DNA of 54,824 nt from a virus (lineage: Duplodnaviria; Caudoviricetes): IMG/VR virus record IMGVR_UViG_3300031602_000003, positions 1 through 54,824 of that record, one strand, 5' to 3'. The number at the start of each line of letters is the position of its first letter. Within the stretch, counting starts at the first letter, position 1. Below, one piece after another: positions 1-7,117 of the stretch. The notes beneath the pieces were generated by a model. That model did not search any database. It had not been told where the DNA came from and saw only the letters and a list, made by a program, of their open reading frames with translations. The position numbers were made by a program, and so were the translations under genes.

Positions 1-162
1 AATTAACCCATTATCCTCTATGTCTGTCTCAAAACATACAGTTGGTACTGCGTTTGGGTATCCTGTACCTAATGAGACATTCATGAAGTCCTCTTTATTA
101 TCGGAATCTATGACATGAATGTCAGCACCATAGATAAGCTTCTTTCCTAAGTGAACTGTCAT
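1..162 (-). CDS. hypothetical protein, partial (runs off window)
   Basis: Manual translation: ATG at 162 with upstream AAGGA, open to window edge (MTVHLGKKLIYGADIHVIDSDNKEDF...). Confidence 0.6.
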   Translation of the reverse strand, partial: MTVHLGKKLIYGADIHVIDSDNKEDFMNVSLGTGYPNAVPTVCFETDIEDNGLI

Positions 163-178
163 TTGATTAGAATCCTTC

Positions 179-1072
179 TCATTTTATTACCTCTCTCTTA
201 GTGAGATTAATTAAGGCTTTCTTATAGCTTGTTGATTGAATGTTTACTTCGTGACCTTGTGAATATACTCTGCCACGTTTATCAAACCTCCAGTTTAGAT
301 AGAAACAATTACCATAATTAATAAGATCACGATACACACGCCTAGAGCTGACTATCATTCTTAAGAAGTTGGTCATCTTTTCTGGTGTATCAATATCTTT
401 CTTAGGCTTTTCCTCTAATTCTAGAGTAGCTCTATCAAGACTCAAGGGTATCTTTGCCAAGATGTTTAACACATCTATGGCTTGGTATTCTTCATGGTGG
501 TTATTTGCACCAAGAATGACACTTTCATCATATGTAAGATAACCCCCTTGAGAGTTATTATTAATAACTTCTGGTTCACAGAGCATAGGTGGAAGAAACT
601 TCATAGAGGCTATCTTTTGAAGAGTTTCATCATCCACCTGTAAACAAGGCTCAATAAGTATGCTCCCTGTTTTACTATTCTTGGCTAAGATAATATTGTA
701 TAAGCCAGCGTCTTTAGACACTGCTAGTATCTCACTAGCTGTCTTAACATTATCCATGACATCAGGGAACTCAAATAGTGTTCCTATGCTCGCCGCTATT
801 GATTGAATAGGTCTTTGCCCAGTCTCACTCAGTATGTTTAATAACAACTCGTTGACTATCTCTTGTACTGGCACAGTACTTCTTAAGTGAGCTACTCTCT
901 TATTCTTACTGGCGTAGTATGGCTTAGTTAGATAAGTAATAATAGCTTTACTAATAGATCTGCTTACATCTTTAAGATCAGAAGCTTCTACCACTTCTCT
1001 TACTAACTTGCGTTTGTTCTTTCTTGAATACGTGTCTTCTATACCTTTTTGTCTATTTCTTGTTACTAACAC
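179..1072 (-). CDS. N4-like RNA polymerase II subunit 1 (RNAP1, gp15-like)
   Basis: 297 aa with LPPMLCEP and C-terminal WRFDKRGRVYSQGHEVNIQS (T7-family DxRGRxY motif) ending the polypeptide as in the split N4 RNAP II; AAGGAG RBS before GTG. Confidence 0.9.
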   Translation of the reverse strand: MLVTRNRQKGIEDTYSRKNKRKLVREVVEASDLKDVSRSISKAIITYLTKPYYASKNKRVAHLRSTVPVQEIVNELLLNILSETGQRPIQSIAASIGTLFEFPDVMDNVKTASEILAVSKDAGLYNIILAKNSKTGSILIEPCLQVDDETLQKIASMKFLPPMLCEPEVINNNSQGGYLTYDESVILGANNHHEEYQAIDVLNILAKIPLSLDRATLELEEKPKKDIDTPEKMTNFLRMIVSSRRVYRDLINYGNCFYLNWRFDKRGRVYSQGHEVNIQSTSYKKALINLTKREVIK

Positions 1073-1118
1073 AGTGTTTCTCCTTGTATGCTAATGTTAT
1101 GGATATAAGCCAAAAGAC

Positions 1119-1133
1119 CTTGCCGAAGGCAAG
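1119..1133 (-). promoter_or_regulatory. candidate vRNAP hairpin promoter
   Basis: CTTGCC-GAA-GGCAAG on + strand (template for leftward genes), C:G-closed GNA triloop as in N4 early promoters, ~50 nt upstream of RNAP1. Confidence 0.55.
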
Positions 1134-1220
1134 CTTTATAAGCTCTCTTGTATTGTTTTTTATACCTTAAAAAACTTAGGTTTTAGAGTTTTAATCACGC
1201 TTATGATTAAACCCATACTT

Positions 1221-1250
1221 AAAAAAGGGAAACCCATTTGGGCTTCCCTT
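1221..1250 (-). terminator. rho-independent terminator
   Basis: Minus strand AAGGGAAGCCCA-AA-TGGGTTTCCCTT followed by T run, just after the stop of 1271..1552. Confidence 0.8.
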
Positions 1251-1270
1251 CTTAAATTGCTTTTGGTAAT

Positions 1271-1552
1271 TTATGCTACCAAGCGGGCACGTTTCTTGCC
1301 TGCTTTGAAATCATTGAATACACCTTTCAATGTGATTTCTAGATTTGGATTGATGCGAAGTGCATCAATTAAATCATTGAGATCGCTAAACTCTTCTCCT
1401 TTAGCGAGCTCTTCATACGCAAGAGGGATTCCCCCGATGCGTATAGACCGGCCGTCTAGGTCGGTGAAATTAATATTGTAGAAACCTTGAGTTTCTGCAT
1501 ATTCTTTTCCAGTTGTAGTTTCTACAACTGACACACTTTTATTTGTTCCCAT
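1271..1552 (-). CDS. early hypothetical protein
   Basis: 93-aa ORF, AAAGGA RBS, followed by a terminator. Confidence 0.75.
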   Translation of the reverse strand: MGTNKSVSVVETTTGKEYAETQGFYNINFTDLDGRSIRIGGIPLAYEELAKGEEFSDLNDLIDALRINPNLEITLKGVFNDFKAGKKRARLVA

Positions 1553-1856
1553 AATTATATCCTTTCAGGATTTGTTGGGGATAAATACCACACCTCTTGG
1601 TGTGGGTGCTGGCGAATGCCATGCGCTAATAGCCAACCTCGTTGGCTGGGCGAACAGTAGTGAGCTCTCTTACTTGTGTAGAAGCAGAGCAATAGGCTCT
1701 GCGTCCACTTAAACAAACAAAACTTACTATGTGTTGTTTTGCTTCTTTTACAAAAGAAGCGCACAAGAGATTTGCTTGAGTACCTATCCAGTGGCCTATC
1801 GCCGGGTATTCGGCGAGAGGACACAAGGCAGGTACGATATGCTTATAGGTCAACAC

Positions 1857-1931
1857 TTATGACCTATGTCTGTAAACAAGCAATATACTTAAGACAAGTA
1901 TAACAACTATTACTATTAGTGGCTCAGCCAT
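1857..1931 (-). CDS. putative single-pass membrane microprotein (24 aa)
   Basis: Manual translation MAEPLIVIVVILVLSILLVYRHRS; AAAGGA RBS. Confidence 0.5.
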   Translation of the reverse strand: MAEPLIVIVVILVLSILLVYRHRS

Positions 1932-1952
1932 AATAGTTCCTTTCATATATGT

Positions 1953-2066
1953 TTATATGTCAAAGTGAATGGCAAGCCATACACCGACTATGATTACGAG
2001 AGCGATAGATACTGCGACAGCACACATGATGTAGTCGCCGATTGACATTGGATCTAGTTCGATCAT
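1953..2066 (-). CDS. putative single-pass membrane microprotein (37 aa)
   Basis: Manual translation MIELDPMSIGDYIMCAVAVSIALVIIVGVWLAIHFDI; ATGA overlap with upstream gene, AAGGA RBS. Confidence 0.6.
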   Translation of the reverse strand: MIELDPMSIGDYIMCAVAVSIALVIIVGVWLAIHFDI

Positions 2067-2428
2067 GTTATTTTCCTTAGTTGTAGAACACTCCAGATGA
2101 AGGCTTCAAGCTGAGCTACTTCAGCTTTGCTCATCTTCCTAGGAGTGCACTCTTGGTTACCATTATTATTAGGAATCATATATGTATCTCCGTCATGCTC
2201 GAATAGGGCTTCGAACATAGCATCTATAGACATATGCATGGCCTTGAGTAAATCAGGGCTAGTGGTTGGTGCTATACGATGATCTACTGCTATTAGATAC
2301 ATGAAGATTGTTTCCAGATTACTCTGGGAACACCACTTGTATCTGAGCATTATTAAGCTCCACATTAGATTAGGGAACCACCAAAGGCGTTGAAGCCAAT
2401 TGGCGTCTATCATTTTATTGATTACCAT
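2063..2428 (-). CDS. early hypothetical protein
   Basis: ORF track 2063..2509; more likely start is ATG 2428 (MVINKM) with AGGAGG RBS. Confidence 0.7.
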   Translation of the reverse strand: MVINKMIDANWLQRLWWFPNLMWSLIMLRYKWCSQSNLETIFMYLIAVDHRIAPTTSPDLLKAMHMSIDAMFEALFEHDGDTYMIPNNNGNQECTPRKMSKAEVAQLEAFIWSVLQLRKIT

Positions 2429-2544
2429 AAGTAACCTCCTGTTGTTAGTAAATGTACTCCAATGAATACATTTGTTAATGTTGCAATTACGACAGCGAGT
2501 ATGTAGCACCGAGTGGCTACATACTCTATTTGTTTATCAGTCAT
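2422..2544 (-). CDS. putative membrane microprotein (40 aa)
   Basis: Manual translation MTDKQIEYVATRCYILAVVIATLTNVFIGVHLLTTGGYLW; AGGGGA RBS; fills the gap between neighbours. Confidence 0.6.
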   Translation of the reverse strand: MTDKQIEYVATRCYILAVVIATLTNVFIGVHLLTTGGYLW

Positions 2545-2547
2545 GAG

Positions 2548-2793
2548 TTATCCCCTAAATGACATGGGAGCAGGATCGAATACTAATGTATCCTCAACCA
2601 TTTCCCTATGTTCCTCATGCCTTAGTAAGGTTTTAAGCTCGTTGACACTACACTTATTGTCTGGGCAAGCCCAGCCATTTCGACTAGTGGATTGAATGAC
2701 CCCAGACACAAACTCTGAGATACATTCACAATAACCGCAGAGCTCACACATAGATGTATGCTCCCTGCAGTGGCTACATTTAATTTGAGCCAT
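2548..2793 (-). CDS. Cys-rich (putative Zn-binding) early protein
   Basis: 81 aa with CSHC, CELC, CEC, CPDNKC; GAGGAG RBS. Confidence 0.7.
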   Translation of the reverse strand: MAQIKCSHCREHTSMCELCGYCECISEFVSGVIQSTSRNGWACPDNKCSVNELKTLLRHEEHREMVEDTLVFDPAPMSFRG

Positions 2794-2941
2794 TATAGTT
2801 CTCCTCTTTGAGGTTACATAATACTACGTCAGCATCACATTCAGTATCATTTGATACTTCTGCATACTCACAATGAAGTGGTTGAGTATACCCGTCACCG
2901 AGTAATGAACCACCACAACTTTCACATATATATTCAATCAT
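2780..2941 (-). CDS. Cys-rich microprotein (53 aa)
   Basis: Manual translation MIEYICESCGGSLLGDGYTQPLHCEYAEVSNDTECDADVVLCNLKEENYNGSN; GGGAGA RBS; overlaps both neighbours. Confidence 0.6.
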   Translation of the reverse strand: MIEYICESCGGSLLGDGYTQPLHCEYAEVSNDTECDADVVLCNLKEENYNGSN

Positions 2942-3086
2942 GATGGATTCTCCCATTAACGAACTCTTCTTGTTCTTTATAATAAAGTTCCATATCAGCT
3001 TGACGCTCGGTATGGCATTCTAAGCAAACAACCTCTTCTTCAATAAGAAGCTCATTGTTGCAATCATCACATTTACGTATTGTCAT
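2934..3086 (-). CDS. CxxC...CxxC zinc-ribbon-like microprotein (50 aa)
   Basis: Manual translation MTIRKCDDCNNELLIEEEVVCLECHTERQADMELYYKEQEEFVNGRIHHD; AGGAG RBS. Confidence 0.65.
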   Translation of the reverse strand: MTIRKCDDCNNELLIEEEVVCLECHTERQADMELYYKEQEEFVNGRIHHD

Positions 3087-3148
3087 ATTAATTCTCCTAT
3101 TATGACAGTTGTACTGTAGGCGACATTATTGCCGCCCACTAGTTATAC

Positions 3149-3688
3149 TTATCTTATGTTTGGACGATACACATTAGGCATAATCCAACCAGCACTGCCT
3201 GCACATTCTCTTTGTGAACGTGGAGATTTTGTAGCTTTATACTGATAAGGAGTAGCAAGCTCCTCGTGCTCGATTTCAGTAAGCTCCTCAGAAGAGATAA
3301 CGACACCTTCCCAAAGGTCTTCGCTAGATATAGTATCACGAAGTGATACCTCTTCCTGATGCTCCTCACAGGCGTGCATATCATTGAGCAACGCAATACG
3401 TTGCGGACAATCATGCGCCCACACTACATTGCGTGATGCCATAGACACGATAGTGCCTTTGGCTGTCACGAAGTACTTCTGGTTATCATAGCTACCAATA
3501 AAGCATTTACGTAATGCAGTTTGTTGAAGATGACCAGTACTAACAAGTTTATTCTTGTTAGAACCTTTCAAAGTAGGATTGATAAGACAAGTCTTCTCTT
3601 TGCTTACATCTACAGCTAAGTAAAGAGCTGATGGTGAATTCTTAGTACCAAAGCGAACCCAGTCGCCACTAACGATAGTATTTGTCAT
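3149..3688 (-). CDS. early hypothetical protein
   Basis: 179-aa ORF with AGGAG RBS. Confidence 0.8.
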   Translation of the reverse strand: MTNTIVSGDWVRFGTKNSPSALYLAVDVSKEKTCLINPTLKGSNKNKLVSTGHLQQTALRKCFIGSYDNQKYFVTAKGTIVSMASRNVVWAHDCPQRIALLNDMHACEEHQEEVSLRDTISSEDLWEGVVISSEELTEIEHEELATPYQYKATKSPRSQRECAGSAGWIMPNVYRPNIR

Positions 3689-3766
3689 AATTTATCTCCT
3701 ATATATGACATTGATGTTGAGTATCATTATTGATATTCAACAGACGGCACAGGATGTGCCTTGGTA

Positions 3767-4162
3767 TTAATTACTTAACATAACCTCTAGGTCAGTCTGA
3801 ACAGACGTACCTAGGTCTGTAAACATAATACCATGTTTATAGACGAAGTGTTCCGCTGTAGGTTGTTCAGCATTGTCTTGGACAAATGCATCGAACATCC
3901 AGCGAAGAGCCGTAGAGTAGTCACCAGCGCCCGATTGGGTCACTTGTGATATGAGACTCATGAAACGAGCATCAAGCACTTTCAGTGCCTCTTCCTCTTG
4001 CGCTCTGAGTACTTCTCCTTCTGCTTGAAGGATAAGCATATCATCAAGAAACTGTTCTTCAGTTTCTGGCACACAATGCCTTGGTTTAAAGCCATGTATA
4101 TCTTTATATACATTTATGAAACACTCTTGCGAAGCAACGGATATTGGTGTTTGATTAGTCAT
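3767..4162 (-). CDS. early hypothetical protein
   Basis: 131-aa ORF with AGGAG RBS; YKDIHGFKPR resembles a YKDxxGxRPR motif recurrent in uncharacterised phage proteins. Confidence 0.8.
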   Translation of the reverse strand: MTNQTPISVASQECFINVYKDIHGFKPRHCVPETEEQFLDDMLILQAEGEVLRAQEEEALKVLDARFMSLISQVTQSGAGDYSTALRWMFDAFVQDNAEQPTAEHFVYKHGIMFTDLGTSVQTDLEVMLSN

Positions 4163-4345
4163 GATATTCTCCTATGAATGACTATTACTTTCTTGGATTA
4201 TTCCAAGAAAAGAAATGAAGAGTAAAGCTAAAGCTTTACACTTACCTCTACCCCCAACTCGTTGGGCCCTTAGTATAAGATAGAGCGTGTGTAGTGGGTG
4301 CTTACCCACTATATACGTGCTCTCTTATAATGTGTGTGAGTGTGT

Positions 4346-4391
4346 AAAAAAAAAGGTACACTATATGCATCTTAGCATATAGGGTACCTTT
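4346..4391 (-). terminator. rho-independent terminator
   Basis: Minus strand AAAGGTACCCTATATGC-TAAGAT-GCATATAGTGTACC followed by T9, right after the stop at 4398. Confidence 0.8.
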
Positions 4392-4397
4392 AGGGTT

Positions 4398-4661
4398 CTA
4401 TTCCTCTTTGGGAATAGGTTCCTTTGGAGCTTCAATTGCATCCACTTGATGCATATTGTTTAGCTCCGCCAGAGAGACCTGGCTCCACTTGGAGACATGT
4501 TGATCTGTCGTATCAACGACATTGTAGACGAGATCGCACATCTTCTGTGCGATGTTGGCTACAGACTTGTCGTTGGTAATGAGGATACCGCAGACGGCCT
4601 CTATGCCTTCTGTGGTAGCCGAGGAGATCGAGCTGATTGGAGCGAAGAGCTTATTAGTCAT
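4398..4661 (-). CDS. first early gene, hypothetical protein
   Basis: ORF track 4398..4694; likely start ATG 4661 (MTNKLF) with AAAGGA RBS. Confidence 0.7.
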   Translation of the reverse strand: MTNKLFAPISSISSATTEGIEAVCGILITNDKSVANIAQKMCDLVYNVVDTTDQHVSKWSQVSLAELNNMHQVDAIEAPKEPIPKEE

Positions 4662-5271
4662 GTTGAATTCCTTTATGAGACATGGCGTGAGCACGGAGTG
4701 ATCACTTGCCTAGGCAGCCAACTCGTTGGCTAGCTGTGTAGACGAACAGATAAATCCCCTCTTAGGGGGGGTTAGCTGTGAGTACTAGTCATGTATATAC
4801 TGTACTGACTTCGTATCTAAATTTTATTTTTCTGGAAAATGCTGATTTGTAAAAAAATTCTCATAAAAAAAAATATTGTGAATTTGTATAGAGCCACTAA
4901 CCATGCCACTATTTGTTGTTGTGAAGGGCGGGGTTAGTAAGTCTTGATGGATTTCTTATGCCACTATTAATAGACGCTCCTATATAGAGTTACTCTTGCC
5001 CCGCTGCGCGGCGCACCGTAATCTAATAGTCGCTACTTATAATAGGGGGTGTGGTTTGGGGTTGTTGTTGTAAGCGATCGCCGTTGTACGATGAACGAGT
5101 GCCCGCAGCGAAGCGAAGGTGCCGAGTGAGGGAAGTGCACAAGGTGAGAGCGTTTATTTGTATTGGTTTGTATTGTTTTGTATGGGTCTCTATAAAACGC
5201 CCCTCCGGTGGTGAACTGCGCGAGTTACCAGCAGAGGGGGTTCCAGATCTTTAGGAGCACGATCGGAGGGA

Positions 5272-5299
5272 AGTATAGCAGAATATATAGGTTTGTCAA
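5272..5299 (-). promoter_or_regulatory. sigma70-type promoter, leftward
   Basis: Minus strand TTGACA-N16-TATACT with TGn extended -10. Confidence 0.6.
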
Positions 5300-5491
5300 A
5301 AAGAGGGAGTTATTCAGGAGTATGCAGTAGGGAAGTCGCCATGTTATTGAGCGGCGGAGCCGGGAAATAACACTGGATACTTTTCTACAAGCAACGAGTG
5401 TTTAGGAGGAGAAAACCATAGATCGAGAATGGTCGAATGCTAGACGCCGAAGGCGGATAGCGGTCTCTTATATTACTTAGTCTTATATAGG

Positions 5492-5563
5492 GTGCACCCA
5501 CGTGCACCCATGTGGGGTGCATTATACTGCACCTCTATAGACGTGCACTCACGTGCACCTCAC
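5492..5563. repeat. iteron-like GTGCAC repeat cluster
   Basis: GTGCACCCAC GTGCACCCAT ... GGTGCA ... TGCACC ... GTGCACTCAC GTGCACCTCAC, flanked by AT-rich DNA. Confidence 0.75.
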
Positions 5564-5591
5564 TTATATCATAAGTAATGTAGATAGGGGG

Positions 5592-5620
5592 TTGCTTTAT
5601 ACATATATGTGTAGTATGTT
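5592..5620 (+). promoter_or_regulatory. sigma70-type promoter, rightward (late region)
   Basis: TTGCTT-N17-TATGTT ~28 nt before the first + strand ORF; N4 late genes use host sigma70 RNAP. Confidence 0.45.
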
Positions 5621-5647
5621 GGTCACATAACAAAGAAAGAACCCCTC

Positions 5648-5812
5648 ATGCTTATGATTAAAAACTACGTTACATTGGTTAGCGCAATATGCGCAACCGT
5701 GAGTCTTTATAGAACTGCCCGAAAAGCGAAGCAAGAATATGAATATGACGAGCTGACCCGCACCAAAACAATTGAAGAGAAATTTAGAATAAACACGGAG
5801 GAATTCAAATGA
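5648..5812 (+). CDS. hypothetical microprotein (54 aa)
   Basis: Manual translation MLMIKNYVTLVSAICATVSLYRTARKAKQEYEYDELTRTKTIEEKFRINTEEFK; ATGA overlap with next gene. Confidence 0.55.
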   Translation: MLMIKNYVTLVSAICATVSLYRTARKAKQEYEYDELTRTKTIEEKFRINTEEFK

Positions 5813-6144
5813 TCATTCGCCACAATCTACCAAACAATAAGTTTACTAAGTTGGATCGAAGAGTATTTTCTAATAGTAAGATAAGTGATGGGGCCGTGAG
5901 GTTGTATGGTTACATGTGTAGTTTGCGGAATGGTGCTAACTTTAGTGACAAATACCTACTTACTGCGCTGAATATAAGTAAGAGAGCGCTGTATAACCGG
6001 AAGAAGGAGCTTAAAGAGGCAGACTTGATCTTAATAGACCAGATTAGCGCACGAGTTTATGTGGCTTATATTGGATATACTGATTTTACAGCTCGGCAGG
6101 TAAAGAATTTGTGGAAATCAGAGGAAGATCATGACACAAACTAA
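5809..6144 (+). CDS. winged-HTH DNA-binding protein resembling the N-terminal domain of phage replication initiators
   Basis: FTKLDRRVFSNSKISDGAVRLYGYMCSL...LNISKRALYNRKKELKEADLI pattern; GGAGG RBS. Confidence 0.7.
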   Translation: MIIRHNLPNNKFTKLDRRVFSNSKISDGAVRLYGYMCSLRNGANFSDKYLLTALNISKRALYNRKKELKEADLILIDQISARVYVAYIGYTDFTARQVKNLWKSEEDHDTN

Positions 6145-6355
6145 AAAAGGGAGTATGTTAGAAACAGTAACTAACACTTTTTCAGGAACTGTGGTAAGCT
6201 ATGTTCTGACATTAACGGTGATGCCCTTATTTGATATGCACCCCTCGTACAGTGATGCATTTGGGTTGTCTATTATATACACGATAGCTTCATTAATTCG
6301 AGGCTATATAATAAGAAGAGTGTTTAATAAGAGCAAAAATTCGTCAACCAAATAA
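6131..6355 (+). CDS. small two-TM membrane protein, common phage family
   Basis: QTKKGSMLETVTN...SLIRGYIIRRVFN with two hydrophobic segments. Confidence 0.75.
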   Translation: MTQTKKGSMLETVTNTFSGTVVSYVLTLTVMPLFDMHPSYSDAFGLSIIYTIASLIRGYIIRRVFNKSKNSSTK

Positions 6356-6474
6356 TATTTAGCTTGCGTTAAGTGTAAAAACATAGATAAATAGGAACAC
6401 ACATTTATTTATAGGAACAATTGTGGCTAGAAAATACAACAATCCCATACCCCCTAAGAAAGAAGAGATTTATC

Positions 6475-6660
6475 ATGGCTAAAAAACCAACAGTACAAAA
6501 GATCACTCCTAAAGAGGTGGTAATGTCTGCCCCAATTCCGACACCTGAAGCACAGCCTATGACAGATAAAGAGCGTAGAGTTGCTAAAGTAATGGCAAAA
6601 CGCGCTGCAGCACAAGAACATAGAGCTGCTGCTGATGGTGATAGACACACTAGAAAATAA
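6475..6660 (+). CDS. small basic hypothetical protein
   Basis: ORF track 6421..6660; likely start ATG 6475 (MAKKPT). Confidence 0.65.
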   Translation: MAKKPTVQKITPKEVVMSAPIPTPEAQPMTDKERRVAKVMAKRAAAQEHRAAADGDRHTRK

Positions 6661-6681
6661 ACCTCAAAAGGACTAAATAAG

Positions 6682-7107
6682 ATGGCACAAGGCGACTTAA
6701 CAATTTTCAACGAAGCAAAGCTGGCGGTACTTAACGCTGTGCATGACTTCGACTCAGACACGTTTAAAGTGGCGTTTATTACTTCAACCCCGGTTGTAGC
6801 TCAAGCTACTCCTACTCTTGGTGATTACACTGAGTGTACGGCTGGTGGTAACTACTCGACTGGCGGCTTCGCAATGACTGCTGCAGCCCTTGCTGAATCA
6901 GGCGGGACAGTGACAGTTGATTTTACTACTGATATCTCAATGGTTAAACATGCGTCAAACCCTACAAATATATTTGCGGCCTTGATTTATAATAGCTCAA
7001 AATCTAATCAAGCAGTAGGATGGGTCGAAGTTGATACTTCCGGTGCTGATGGCTCAAGTGGCCTTATATCAGTAACCTGGGGCGCAAATCTATTTACACT
7101 AGCTTAA
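6682..7107 (+). CDS. putative virion structural protein (fibre module)
   Basis: 141 aa, HDFDSDTFKVA...GNYSTGG pattern typical of a phage structural family; AAAAGGA RBS; heads the fibre cluster. Confidence 0.7.
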   Translation: MAQGDLTIFNEAKLAVLNAVHDFDSDTFKVAFITSTPVVAQATPTLGDYTECTAGGNYSTGGFAMTAAALAESGGTVTVDFTTDISMVKHASNPTNIFAALIYNSSKSNQAVGWVEVDTSGADGSSGLISVTWGANLFTLA

Positions 7108-7117
7108 GGATTAGTCT

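Larger units (their letters stand above)
4700..5640. other. non-coding divergent region; probable genome terminus / collapsed direct terminal repeat
   Basis: No credible ORF; early genes diverge left and late genes right, the arrangement produced when an N4-type linear genome with DTRs assembles as a circle; A/T tracts, hairpins and short repeats. Confidence 0.6.

Noticed and set aside
1555-1856. ORFs 1555..1824 and 1626..1856
   Set aside because: Non-ATG starts, no RBS, mutual overlap; the region is better explained by hairpins.
5051-5254. 67-aa + strand ORF
   Set aside because: GTG start, atypical composition, coincides with structured and repeated non-coding DNA.
5200-5270. Possible tRNA (about 70 nt, closed stem)
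   Set aside because: Only two internal arms, no TTC-RA T-loop in the right place, no anticodon arm or CCA.
5492-5563. CRISPR array
   Set aside because: Repeats are ~10 bp with no unique spacers, and there are no cas genes.
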